Assembly: GCA_965238005.1 (NCBI GenBank)
Contig: OZ250165.1
Coordinates: forward strand, 1,152,001-1,216,000
Direction of reading: 5' to 3'
DNA from: Longimicrobiales bacterium
GTDB lineage: Bacteria; Gemmatimonadota; Gemmatimonadetes; Longimicrobiales; Gaopeijiaceae
Length of the DNA stretch: 64,000 bases
The notes under the pieces are model-generated. The model was not told the origin of the DNA. It made no database searches and saw only the letters and a program-made list of their open reading frames with translations. This document shows positions 38,377 to 48,350 of this stretch, one piece after another. Position 1 is the stretch's first letter, and each line of letters begins with the position of its first letter. The position numbers were made by a program, and so were the translations under genes.

Positions 38377-39212
38377 GCGAAGGAACCACCTACGAACGCA
38401 TCTCGGTCCGTCCCGTCACGCCGGTCATCGGGGCCGAGATCGAAGGCGTGCACCTCGACGAGCCGCTGGACGAGGTCACTGTCCAGGAGATTCAGGACGC
38501 GCTCACGGCTCATCAGGTGATCTTCTTCCGGGACCAGGAAATCTCCGTGGAGCACCAGAAGACGCTCGGAAGGTGGTTCGGAGAGCTGGTCGTGCATCCC
38601 AACGACCCCGGGCTCGAGGGACATCCCGAGGTCATGATCATCCACGCCGACGAGTCGTCTAAACGAGTGGCGGGGGAGCGCTGGCACTCCGATGTGTCCT
38701 GCACCGAAGAGCCCCCCCTGGGCTCGATCCTGCGCATGTTCACGGTCCCGGACTCGGGGGGCGACACGCTCTTCGCCAGCATGTACGCGGCGTACGATGC
38801 CCTCTCCGGACCCATGAAGAGCCTCTTGCAGGGTCTGACGGCGATTCACGACGGCGGCCCGTACTATCGGGGGGTGAACGCGATGATCGGTCGCGAGGAT
38901 GGAGGGCGCGAGTACCCCAAGGCCGAGCATCCGGTTGTCCGATCCCATCCGGTGACCGGGCGGAAGGGGATTTTCGTCAACGAGCTCTTCACCACGCACT
39001 TCGTGGGCCTGCCCAAAGCCGAGAGCGACGCGATCCTCGACTTCCTCTTCCGGCACGTGCAGCGGGGAGAGTTCCAGTGCCGCTTTCGGTGGGAGCCCAA
39101 CTCCATCGCCTTCTGGGACAACCGCTGGACCCAGCACCTGGCGATCTGGGACTACTGGCCGCAGACCCGATCCGGATACCGCGTTACCATCGAGGGAGAG
39201 CGGCCGGCCTGA
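38373..39212 (+). CDS. tauD: TauD/TfdA alpha-ketoglutarate-dependent dioxygenase
   Basis: IGAEI, FFRDQ, WHSD, GGDT, HPVVRSHP and WDNRWTQH; ATGA overlap with M28. Confidence 0.88.
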   Translation: MSEGTTYERISVRPVTPVIGAEIEGVHLDEPLDEVTVQEIQDALTAHQVIFFRDQEISVEHQKTLGRWFGELVVHPNDPGLEGHPEVMIIHADESSKRVAGERWHSDVSCTEEPPLGSILRMFTVPDSGGDTLFASMYAAYDALSGPMKSLLQGLTAIHDGGPYYRGVNAMIGREDGGREYPKAEHPVVRSHPVTGRKGIFVNELFTTHFVGLPKAESDAILDFLFRHVQRGEFQCRFRWEPNSIAFWDNRWTQHLAIWDYWPQTRSGYRVTIEGERPA

Positions 39213-39225
39213 TCCGGAGTCCGGC

Positions 39226-40953
39226 TCAGCGGGCCGGCTCGGATTGGCCCTCCGACGTGGAGGCATAGGGCTCTCTCGCGAACACGACCTCGCCGCCCAC
39301 CATGGTCAGCAGCGCCTCGGTCTCGAGAATCTGCGACGCCGGGACGGTCATGATGTCCTTCGAGAGGACGACCAGGTCGGCGTACTTCCCGGGAGTCAGC
39401 GAGCCCAGCACGTCCTCCTCGAAGGAGGCGTAGGCCGCGTCCAGCGTATAACTCTTGAGAGCCTCATAACGCGTGAGCTTCTGGTCCGGATACCAGCCGG
39501 TATCTGGCAGACCCCTGGCGTTTTGCCGCGTGACGGCCGCGTGGATCCCCATGAACGGGCTGAAGCGCCGGGCCCCTTCGTCGGAGCCGCCCACCAGGCG
39601 GGCTCCCGAGTTCAGGAGCGTCCGCCATGCGTAGCCTCCCCGAATCCGCTCCGGACCCACACGCGCTTCGGCCCAAGGCATGTCCAGGGTGGCGTGCATC
39701 CACTGCATGGAGGCGAGGACGTCGAGCTCGGCGAAGCGAGGCAGGTCGTCGAGTTGAACGATCTGCGCGTGCTCGATACGGATGCGGTGGTCGGCAACAG
39801 GATGGATGCTCAGGGCCTGCTCCACGGCCTCCAGGGCCAGCCGATTCCCCCGATCACCGATGGCGTGGATCGCCACGTTGAAGCCTGCCGCCAGCGACCT
39901 CTCCACGATGTAGTAGAGCTGATCGTACGGTACGCGTATGACGCCGATGTTGCCGGGCTCGTCCGAGTAGGGTTTCATGAGGGCCGCGCCTCGCGCTCCC
40001 AGGGCTCCGTCGATGGAGACCTTCACGCCCCGGACCGTGAGCCTGTGGTCGCCATATCCCACCAAGGGGCCTTCGGCGAGGATCTGGTCCAGGATCTCGC
40101 CGGCGTTCAACACCCTGGGTATGGCGTTTATACGGAACGGGAAGTCGCTCTCGTTGATGAGCTCCTTGTACGCCTGCACGGTGGGGAGATTGGTCCCCAT
40201 GTCGTGGGCGCCGGTGAAGCCGTACGAGAGGGAGAGCTGCACGCTCTTGCGGATGCGGTCCTTGAGCGACTCGCGGGCGGCCGCCGGGACGATGCTCCGG
40301 AGGATGCGCTGTGCGTCTTCGATGAGCACTCCGGTGAGCTCTCCCGTGGCATCGTCCCGCATGAGCTTCCCCCCCGGCGGGTCCGGCGTCCCGGCATCGA
40401 GCTCGGCCGCTTCCAGAGCCAGCGAATTGGCCCAGGACGCGTGGGAGTGCATGCCGCCCAGGAAGACCGGATTGTTCGGAGCGGCCTCGTCCAGGGTCGC
40501 CTTGATCGGCCAGGCCTCTCCCGGCCAGTTGCCCGTGTGCCATCCGCTCCCGGTGATCCACAGTCCGGGCTCCATTCGCCGTGCGAGACGACGCACGAGC
40601 TCCGCCGCCTCGGCTTCGCTGGCGGCGTCGGCGAGATCCAGCGCGTTCCCCCGGTCGGCTGCCAAGCCGACGAAGTGCAGGTGCCCGTCCACGAGGCCGG
40701 GGACGAGGGTCTTGCCCTCGAGATCGACGACCCGCGTGCGAACCGTGCGGAGGGCCTCAATCTCCTGGTTGGATCCCACCGCGAGGATGCGGTCCCCTTC
40801 GATAGCGACAGCCTCCGCCCGTGGATTGCGCTCGTCCACGGTGATCACGTTTCCGTTGATGAGGACGATGTCGGCTGTCTGGGCCGCCACCTGGGTAGCC
40901 ACTCCACTCACGACGATGGAGAGGAGCGCTGGGATGAGGATGCTCCCGGTCAT
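39226..40953 (-). CDS. Secreted amidohydrolase-3 (YtcJ-like)
   Basis: PGLVDGHLH, DGALGARGA, HAIGD, RIEHAQ and GKYADLVVL. Confidence 0.9.
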   Translation of the reverse strand: MTGSILIPALLSIVVSGVATQVAAQTADIVLINGNVITVDERNPRAEAVAIEGDRILAVGSNQEIEALRTVRTRVVDLEGKTLVPGLVDGHLHFVGLAADRGNALDLADAASEAEAAELVRRLARRMEPGLWITGSGWHTGNWPGEAWPIKATLDEAAPNNPVFLGGMHSHASWANSLALEAAELDAGTPDPPGGKLMRDDATGELTGVLIEDAQRILRSIVPAAARESLKDRIRKSVQLSLSYGFTGAHDMGTNLPTVQAYKELINESDFPFRINAIPRVLNAGEILDQILAEGPLVGYGDHRLTVRGVKVSIDGALGARGAALMKPYSDEPGNIGVIRVPYDQLYYIVERSLAAGFNVAIHAIGDRGNRLALEAVEQALSIHPVADHRIRIEHAQIVQLDDLPRFAELDVLASMQWMHATLDMPWAEARVGPERIRGGYAWRTLLNSGARLVGGSDEGARRFSPFMGIHAAVTRQNARGLPDTGWYPDQKLTRYEALKSYTLDAAYASFEEDVLGSLTPGKYADLVVLSKDIMTVPASQILETEALLTMVGGEVVFAREPYASTSEGQSEPAR

Positions 40954-41010
40954 GGGGTCCTCCGAGGAGTCTATGACTGCGGTCCGTGCGTGGCTCGTTC
41001 AGTCACCGTA

Positions 41011-41478
41011 CTACGTTCGTGACGCTCGCGCGAGGGGGAAGACACGCGGGCGGGCACCCTGGTTTGTCAGCGCCCCGCCTCGATCTCCTTGAAAAATCTC
41101 TCTTACGGCCTCCACGTACCGCTCCGGCTCGTCTTGCATGGTGATGTAGGCGCTGTTCTCCAGAACGACGAGGCGTGAGTCGGGCGTGAGGCTGTCGTAA
41201 TACGCCACGGTCTCGGGAGTGGCCTCGTCGTAGCGACCCGTGGTGAAGAGAACGGGAACGGTGAGGTCTCGAAGCGACTCGGCCCGCTCGAAGGTCTTGA
41301 GGGGGCCGGTGGCGGTGAACTCGCTGGGGCCCCACATCTTCTCGTAGACCACCGTGTTGAACTGGATGAACGTGCTGTCCGTGTCGGCGAGCATGGATCC
41401 CCCGGAGCGCCCCAAGAGGTGCACCCTCTCCAACCCCAGCGCTTCACGAACCTGGGCGAGCTCCTCCACGAAGCGCGC
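41011..41478 (-). pseudogene. Proline iminopeptidase-like alpha/beta hydrolase remnant with internal deletion
   Basis: RFVEELAQVREALGL...LGRSGGSMLA joined to MWGPSEF...GRYDEATP; N-terminus missing, catalytic His position reads Y. Confidence 0.65.
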
Positions 41479-41499
41479 GACGATGCGGCCATCCAGGTG

Positions 41500-41643
41500 C
41501 CTACGGCTGCGCTGGGAGCTCTCTATCGCGAGCTACGGGCCATTCATCTGCTCGCCCACCTCAGGACGGCTGAAATGATGACGGACGAGCAGATCGAGGC
41601 GTATGACGAGCTGAGGGGGTACGAGCCCTCAGGAGGGCCATAG
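41500..41643 (+). pseudogene. C-terminal fragment of a Spy/CpxP-like helical protein
   Basis: ELRAIHLLAHLRTAEMMTDEQIEAYDELRGY (LTxEQ-like motif). Confidence 0.45.
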
Positions 41644-42189
41644 CCATCCGAACGTTCCGGCAGTCAAGAGTGCGTACACCAGCCCGTCGAACATCGACTT
41701 GAGGGTCGCGCCCCAGTTTCGGTGGTACCAGATCGAGTTCTGGGGCAGTGCCAGCGCATAACCCACGAATGCGGTGGTCCCCACGTACCGGAACACGGGC
41801 AGATATTCGGCCCCCGGCTCGACGGCGTGGCCTGCCACGTAGGCGGCGAAGATCCCAACGACGATGCAGTAGACGAACCACTGCGCCAGGCTCGCCCCCA
41901 GCTTGGGGACGCCGTTGGGGATGACGGTCAGGAAGGCATTGGTACCCTCGGTCGCCTTCTCGAGGAACTCGGGCTCGCCCATCGCCTTTGCGCTGCCGGC
42001 GTAGGGGATGACGTAGTCCCCGGGAGGGATGCTGGCACCCCGGAGCGCCTCCCGAACCCCGTCCTCCGACGGGACCTGCCCGAAGTCGCCCTTGTGGTAC
42101 GTCAAGAACATGTGGATGGCCGAGCTGGCGACTAACACGATCACGGCCGAGAGCAAGATGGGGATCCAGAGCGACATCAAGGGGACCAT
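41629..42189 (-). CDS. Hypothetical multi-pass membrane protein
   Basis: AGGAGG RBS; LWIPILLSAVIV...PPGDY...GTFGWLWP. Confidence 0.78.
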   Translation of the reverse strand: MVPLMSLWIPILLSAVIVLVASSAIHMFLTYHKGDFGQVPSEDGVREALRGASIPPGDYVIPYAGSAKAMGEPEFLEKATEGTNAFLTVIPNGVPKLGASLAQWFVYCIVVGIFAAYVAGHAVEPGAEYLPVFRYVGTTAFVGYALALPQNSIWYHRNWGATLKSMFDGLVYALLTAGTFGWLWPS

Positions 42190-42401
42190 GGTGACCTCCT
42201 GGAGCTGGATGGACGCTTCCGCACCTCCCGCTGGATTCATAGGCAAGGTGTGAGTGCGTCAGGGTGATGGCAAGGTGCCGAAAGCGTGTGTCGCGAGGCC
42301 CACCAGACTTGTGCAAAGGTTCCCTATGGGAGCGCGGCTACGGCGAACGACTCTCCCTGCTGCGGTGTCGCTGTGGGCGGAGCATGCGGAGAGCTCGTCG
42401 A

Positions 42402-42953
42402 TCAGAGAGCCGAAAGCCAGGGCGAGTTCAGGACGTGAAGGACCAACACCGTCACCACCACACCGAGGGCCCTCCCTCCGAAGGAGCGGCTTTCTCGGGA
42501 ACGCTTCCAGTAGTAGCCGAGACATGCTCCGATCAAAGCCAGCTCGACGAACCACCACCCGGTGGGCAGGGATCTCCACAGGCCCAGGCCGAGGTGCACG
42601 TCGGAGCCCGGCCACAGTGCGAGATCCGCGGGATGCATCACTAAGTCCAGCACGAAGTGCGAAAAGACAGCGAGGCCTGTGACCCAAGCCACCGTTCGCC
42701 CCCATCTGAGAAAGAGGAGGGCGAACAGGAAGGACCACACCACCGACGTCAACAGCGAGTGGGACCAATCGATGTGGTCCAGTGAGAAGCCCGGCGACTG
42801 CCCGGGCGTAATGGATACCTGCTCTATGCCGGCCAGAACCAAGGGGCCGAAGAGGATGTCCAGCGCTCCAACGCCCAGCAAAATCCCCCACGTGGGAGCG
42901 CTCGCCACGCGGCCCTTCAGGGCCAGGCCCGCCGCGAAGTGTCCAGCATACAT
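42402..42953 (-). CDS. Membrane protein, metal-dependent hydrolase-like
   Basis: GHFAAG, WSHSL and SHFVLDLVMH motifs. Confidence 0.75.
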   Translation of the reverse strand: MYAGHFAAGLALKGRVASAPTWGILLGVGALDILFGPLVLAGIEQVSITPGQSPGFSLDHIDWSHSLLTSVVWSFLFALLFLRWGRTVAWVTGLAVFSHFVLDLVMHPADLALWPGSDVHLGLGLWRSLPTGWWFVELALIGACLGYYWKRSRESRSFGGRALGVVVTVLVLHVLNSPWLSAL

Positions 42954-43070
42954 GTCAGTCGCCCTCCTCGGTGCCCCGGGGCCGGTCGAACCAGGCCAGG
43001 ATTGGCACCGGAAGGAGGAAGGAGACCAGCGCGAAGATGGCAAATGCGAGTGGTGTCATGAGATCATTCC

Positions 43071-43532
43071 TCAGATCCAGCGACGCGTCCGCCGGCGGTA
43101 CGCCCGATACTCGTCGCCGAACACCTGCTCCATCATCTGCTCTTCGTGGACGATGAACCGGCTCGTGATCAGCCAGATGAAAAGCGGGATGACAGGGAGG
43201 GGCCATACCGTGCCCAGGAGTATGGCGCACCCGAAGAGCACGACGACCATTCCCAGGTACATGGGGTTTCGCGATAGCCGAAACGGACCGCTGGTGACCA
43301 GGGCCGTCGACGGCTCGAAGGGCTTTATGGTCGTCCCACTCCGCCGGAAGAGCTCAGAAGAGACGACCGCGAGAATGAGGCCGACGAGGACGAAGAGTCC
43401 GCCGGCGTATGTGGCCGGACGCTCGAGCCAGCGAAGCTCGGGCAGAAGGAAGTGCAGGCCGGCGAGCGCCAGGAGTGCCGCCAGGAAGTACACCGGAGGG
43501 TAGACTCGGTGGGGGGCTTCAGGCGCTCCCAT
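43071..43532 (-). CDS. Isoprenylcysteine carboxyl / phospholipid methyltransferase family protein
   Basis: LVTSGPFRLSRNPMYLG, EE and FGDEYRAYRRRTRRWI. Confidence 0.88.
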   Translation of the reverse strand: MGAPEAPHRVYPPVYFLAALLALAGLHFLLPELRWLERPATYAGGLFVLVGLILAVVSSELFRRSGTTIKPFEPSTALVTSGPFRLSRNPMYLGMVVVLFGCAILLGTVWPLPVIPLFIWLITSRFIVHEEQMMEQVFGDEYRAYRRRTRRWI

Positions 43533-44457
43533 CGTCGCGCGAGCCCTGGGGTTGCGGGGTGAGAATCTGATACCCGCTCGAGGCGGTCTCCTGGGCATAC
43601 AGCTCCGAGAGCAGCTCCGTCATGGGTCCGATCGCCCCGCTGCCAATGGTCCGCCCGTCCAACGTCGTAACCGCCACCAGCTCTCCCATGGTCCCCGTAC
43701 AGAACATCTCGTCCGCGGCGTAGGCTTCAGTGAGAGAGACCCTCCGGACCTCGTGCTCGATTCCGTTGGCCGCACAGAGGTCCAGCACCGTCTGCCGGGT
43801 GATCCCCTCCGGGCAGGCCTCGGTGGTGCCGGTGAACACCTTGTCGCGCCTCACGAAGAACACGTGGGTGCCGTGGGCCTCGGCGATGAAGCCGCTCTTG
43901 TCGAGCATCAGGGCCTGGTCGGCTCCAGCGTGATTGGCCTCGATCTTCGCGAGGATCGATTGGATCAGGTTGTTGTGGTGGATCTTGGGATCCAGGCAGT
44001 CGGGTGGAAAGCGGCGCATGGAGCTGGTGACGAACGACAAGCCACCGCGGTCGTATACTGGGGCTTTGAACTCGGCGAGGACGATGAGCGTGTGGCCCGA
44101 CTGGTTCAATCGGGGATCCATCCCGGACGTGTTCTTCACGCCGCGTGTGAGGGTGAGGCGCACATGAACGCCGTCCACCATGCCATTGGCCTCGAGGGTG
44201 CGACGGATCTCGTGGATGATGTGTTCGTGGGACGGGATCTCGGTGAACGCCAGCGCCTTCGCCGAGTCCTGTAGGCGGTCCAAGTGCTCGACCAGCCGGA
44301 ATATGCGTCCCTCGTAGAGCCGGAGGCCTTCCCATACGCCGTCACCGCCCTGTACGACGCTGTCGAACGGGCTGACGCCGGCCCGATCGCGATGGACGAG
44401 CTCACCGTTGATGTTGACGATGAGATCCCGGTTCCGCTCATCAAACTTCTGAAGGAT
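43519..44457 (-). CDS. Class IV (branched-chain/D-amino acid) aminotransferase; apparent ATC start
   Basis: GDGVWEGLR, HLDRL, RLTLTRG, KIHHNN, EGITR and ADEMFCTGT; frame open to 44457 with no ATG/GTG/TTG upstream of 44283. Confidence 0.82.
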   Translation of the reverse strand: MLQKFDERNRDLIVNINGELVHRDRAGVSPFDSVVQGGDGVWEGLRLYEGRIFRLVEHLDRLQDSAKALAFTEIPSHEHIIHEIRRTLEANGMVDGVHVRLTLTRGVKNTSGMDPRLNQSGHTLIVLAEFKAPVYDRGGLSFVTSSMRRFPPDCLDPKIHHNNLIQSILAKIEANHAGADQALMLDKSGFIAEAHGTHVFFVRRDKVFTGTTEACPEGITRQTVLDLCAANGIEHEVRRVSLTEAYAADEMFCTGTMGELVAVTTLDGRTIGSGAIGPMTELLSELYAQETASSGYQILTPQPQGSRDDGSA

Positions 44458-45811
44458 GATTCCCCCTCTTTTTCGAGAGCCAGATAAAGCTAATCGGTAG
44501 GCCGGTGGCCACGAAGGCGAAGTCGACCAAAGATTTCTCCCACTCGAAGACGGCCCGTAGCACCAGGAGTCCCACGATCCCGATCAGGTAAACGATCGGG
44601 AGCAACGGATAGAGGGGCATCCGGAACGCGCCTTCGCTGCCGATCTCCTTTCGGCGCAGCTTGAACAGAGCTAGCGTCGTCATTGTGTAGAAGATGAGGA
44701 TCGCGAAGACCATGCCCGCTGCGATGGATTCGAAGGAGCCGCGAACCACCAGGATCACCGACGCCCACACACAGTGGATGATGATGGCCCGGGACGGCGT
44801 TCTGAAGTCCGGATGCACGTAGTCGAGCCAGCGGAAGAAGAGCCCGTCGCGGGCCATGGCGAAGTAGACACGCGTTGCCGACATCATGGTCCCGTTGATG
44901 CTCCCGATGGCGGATATGATGGCCATCAGTGCCACGACGATCGCGCCCATGGAGCCCACGAGGACGGTCGCCACGTCCACGGCCGGCGTGACGGTAGTCC
45001 GTACCCCCTCCATACCGAGTGTGTAGTGGTAGACGATGTTGAGGGACCAGTAGAGCCCGAGAACGATGCCGATTCCGATCAGCATGGTCCGTGGAATGAC
45101 CTTCCGGGGGTCTTTCATCTCGCCGGCCAGGTAGCCCACCCTGTCCCATCCCGTATGCGTAAAGATGATCAGCATCAGGGCCGCGATCACGTTGCCCGTC
45201 GGGCCCAGGCCGGTGGTGGGGGACAGATACGTTCCCAGGAGGTTGGGCACCCCACTCATGAGGGCCACGCCCACCGCGGCGAAGAGAGCGAGGAAGCCCA
45301 CCTTGATGACCGTCGTGATCTTCTGGAAGAGGCTCGCCCAGTTGATGCCCACGTAGTTGAAGACCCCCAGGGCGGCGATGATGCCCAGGGCCACGGCCGT
45401 GTGCGCCCGCGGGCTCAGCTCCGTGAGCACCCCTACGTAGTCGGCCGCGATGATGGCGAGTCCCGCCGCCGGGCTCGTCCGGATGATGAAGAGCTGGGCC
45501 CAGCCGAACATGAAGCCGGCGAAAGGCCCGAAGCAGCGCGTGATGTAGACGTACTCTCCGCCCGTGGTGGGCAGTCGCGAGCCCAGCTCGGCGTAGATGA
45601 GTCCGCCGATCATCACGAATACGCCCACGGCGAGCCAGACCGTCAGGACCGACGCGAACGAATCGAAGTAGGCGGCGATGAGGGATGGCGTCGTGTAGAT
45701 CCCGGAGCCGATGACGATGCCGACCAGCAGGGCGACCCCGTCGAACGTGCCCAATGACCGCCGGAGCTGGGGCTGGGAGGTTCCGGCTTGGGATTGGTCC
45801 GTGCCCCTCAC
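44441..45811 (-). CDS. APC family amino acid permease
   Basis: VIGSGIYTTP, YAELG, GGEYVY, EMKDP and RVYFAMARDG. Confidence 0.9.
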   Translation of the reverse strand: MRGTDQSQAGTSQPQLRRSLGTFDGVALLVGIVIGSGIYTTPSLIAAYFDSFASVLTVWLAVGVFVMIGGLIYAELGSRLPTTGGEYVYITRCFGPFAGFMFGWAQLFIIRTSPAAGLAIIAADYVGVLTELSPRAHTAVALGIIAALGVFNYVGINWASLFQKITTVIKVGFLALFAAVGVALMSGVPNLLGTYLSPTTGLGPTGNVIAALMLIIFTHTGWDRVGYLAGEMKDPRKVIPRTMLIGIGIVLGLYWSLNIVYHYTLGMEGVRTTVTPAVDVATVLVGSMGAIVVALMAIISAIGSINGTMMSATRVYFAMARDGLFFRWLDYVHPDFRTPSRAIIIHCVWASVILVVRGSFESIAAGMVFAILIFYTMTTLALFKLRRKEIGSEGAFRMPLYPLLPIVYLIGIVGLLVLRAVFEWEKSLVDFAFVATGLPISFIWLSKKRGNHPSEV

Positions 45812-46500
45812 TCGAGCTCTCGAGCCATGTGCAGGATTGAGGGTAGATCGGCAACGGATCCGATGATCGCGTCGTGGGGTGCCTGCGGGAGGATCTCCTC
45901 CCCATGGGCCCCGGACGGCACGCCCACGGCGTACCCCACTCCGGCCCGTCGGGCCGCGTGCAGGTCCGCTGTCGTGTCGCCGACTGCTACGACGCGTGCC
46001 ACGTCCTGTGTCATCGTTTTGCGCATGGCTTCGAGTATCAGATCTGGAGCCGGTCTGCCCTCCTCCACGTCGTCATGGCAGATCACGGCGTCGAAGGTAT
46101 CGGTCCACCCGACGCGTGCCAGGAGTAGCTGCACGAGCTCGGGTCGAACCCGGTGGTCAGTGCGATGGCGACTCCTGGCGCGCGGAGCCATTCGAACGTG
46201 CTGTCGACTCCTTCGATGGGGCGGACTTCAGCGGTTGGGTAGCTCGTCAGGAGCCTCTCCTTGAACGTGGGGAAGATCGCGTCGCCGGTTGCGGTGACGG
46301 CCGCCGGATCTCGAGCCGGTGCCAAGCTGGCGAGGAGCTCCTGGATCGCCTTCCGCCTCGGCACGCCGCACACGCCTCTGATGTGATCGTCACGAACGTA
46401 GAGATCCGCCGCGGCGAAGGCAGAGCGGAAGGCCTCCGGAACTTGATCTGTGACGTTCAGAGTGGTGCCTGCTACATCAAAGGCGACCAACTCGAAGTCA
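45808..46500 (-). pseudogene. Phosphonatase-like HAD hydrolase, frameshifted near 46140
   Basis: FDVAGTT and ALTTGF in one frame; GRPAPDLI, VGDTTADL and SGAH in another. Confidence 0.75.
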
Positions 46501-46558
46501 TTCGCCGCGCCAGGTTCTGTCCGCCTACTTCCGGAAAGAGCCGGCCCACCGCTCGAGG

Positions 46559-48271
46559 TCAGTTCATCCCGCCCCTGTACATGACCTCCCCACCCACGAT
46601 CGTGTAGGCGATCTCGGTGGAGGGGATCTCGTTCTCCGGAATCGTCATGATGTCTTTGGTGAGCACCGTAACGTCAGCGAGCTTGCCCACCTCCAGCGAC
46701 CCCTTGATGTCTTCCTCGAAGCCCGCCCACGCCACGTTGATGGTGTAGGACTTGAGGGCCTCCATACGGCTCATGCGCTGCTCGGGATAGAAGACCTCAC
46801 CGTTGTTCATCATACGCGACACTGTGGCGTAATAGCTCGCCAGGGGGTCGACGTCCTCGACTGGCGCGTCCGTTCCGTTGGTCACCACGGCACCTGCCTG
46901 CATGAGGTCCTGCCACACGTAGGCTCCCGACTCGGCCCGCTCTTCACCGAGCCGCGGGATGACCCAGGGTCCGTCCGAGGTGGCGTGGACGCCCTGCATG
47001 GACGCGATCACGCCCAAGGCTCCGAACCGGGGAACGTCCTCCGGGTCCAGGTGCTGGGCGTGCTCCACGCGCCAGCGTAGGTCCTCCTGGTCCGGATTCT
47101 CCTCGAAGGCCTCCTCGAAGATGTCCAGGACGACGCGGTTGCCGCGATCGCCGATGGCGTGCACGCCGAGCTGGAAGCCGTGTTCCATGGCGAGGGCGGC
47201 CGTCTCATAGATGCCCTCGATGTCGCGGGGGAGTCCGTTGGTCTCCGGAAGGTCGTCATACGGCTCGAGTAGCCACGCTCCGTGCGAGCCCAGGGCACCA
47301 TCGATGCTCCGCTTGATGGCACGAACCGTGAGGCGATCGTCGCCGGCACCCATGATCTTGTAGTCCGGCAGCCGCTCGGCCAGCTGTGCGTTGGACGCGC
47401 GAAGCATGATCCAGAGCCGGATCTTCAGGCTTCCGTCCTCGGCCATCTCGCGGAGGACGTCCACAGTCTCGAAGCCCGAGCCGGCGTCCTGGAAGGACGT
47501 GAGCCCCTTGGCCAGAGCCTCTTCCTGCGCCAGCTCCACCACTCGCCTCGGATCGGCGGGGACGCCGCCCTCCTGCGCCGGACCGAGCAACCTGCTGGCA
47601 CTCTCCCGGAACGCTCCGATGGGGTTCCCCTCAGCGTCTCGGACGATCTGGCCGCTGTCCGGGTCGCGAGTGCTGGCGTCGATGCCCGACATCTCCATCG
47701 CCTTGGCGTTGGCGTAGCTGGCGTGGCCACTCGCGTGTTGGAGCACCACGGGGTTGTCCGGCGAGACCGCGCTCAGGGAGTGGTGGAAGGGAAGACCGTC
47801 TACGTTGGGCTCCGGCATCTTGTCCCACTTCTCCTGATGCCACCCGCGGCCGCGGATGAGCTCGCCGGGCTCGGCCTGGGCCACCTCCTCTTCGACCATG
47901 GCCACGATCTCGTCCCAGTTGGCCACATCCATCAGGTTGAGCTGCAGGTTGGCGTTTCCAACGCCCATGAAGTGTCCGTGCCCTTCGATGAGCCCTGGGA
48001 TGGCGGTCATGCCTTCGAGGTCGATCACTTCGGTGTCGGACCCGATGTACTCCTCGATGTCGGCGTCGCTGCCGAGGGCGACGATCCGGCCGTCCTTCGC
48101 TGCCAGCGCCTGCGCCTCCGGATTCGTGTCGTCCACCGTCACTATATTGCCGTTGCGCAGCACGAGGTCGGCGGCGTCGCCGGATCCGGCGTCACACCCC
48201 GTGAGAACGGCCAAAGTGGCCACGAGTGTGCCACCGAGTAGGAGCCTTGGCGCTGTGGAAATCGAGAACAT
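46559..48271 (-). CDS. Amidohydrolase-3 lipoprotein (YtcJ-like)
   Basis: LTGC lipobox, EGHGH, DGALGSHGA, HAIGD, EHAQ and GTDAPVE. Confidence 0.9.
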   Translation of the reverse strand: MFSISTAPRLLLGGTLVATLAVLTGCDAGSGDAADLVLRNGNIVTVDDTNPEAQALAAKDGRIVALGSDADIEEYIGSDTEVIDLEGMTAIPGLIEGHGHFMGVGNANLQLNLMDVANWDEIVAMVEEEVAQAEPGELIRGRGWHQEKWDKMPEPNVDGLPFHHSLSAVSPDNPVVLQHASGHASYANAKAMEMSGIDASTRDPDSGQIVRDAEGNPIGAFRESASRLLGPAQEGGVPADPRRVVELAQEEALAKGLTSFQDAGSGFETVDVLREMAEDGSLKIRLWIMLRASNAQLAERLPDYKIMGAGDDRLTVRAIKRSIDGALGSHGAWLLEPYDDLPETNGLPRDIEGIYETAALAMEHGFQLGVHAIGDRGNRVVLDIFEEAFEENPDQEDLRWRVEHAQHLDPEDVPRFGALGVIASMQGVHATSDGPWVIPRLGEERAESGAYVWQDLMQAGAVVTNGTDAPVEDVDPLASYYATVSRMMNNGEVFYPEQRMSRMEALKSYTINVAWAGFEEDIKGSLEVGKLADVTVLTKDIMTIPENEIPSTEIAYTIVGGEVMYRGGMN

Positions 48272-48350
48272 GAAGGCCTCCGGAATTTCGTTACTATCAT
48301 TGAGGACTCGCAGCCTAGGGGATGGCACCGTGTGAGGCAATGAGTAGGCC

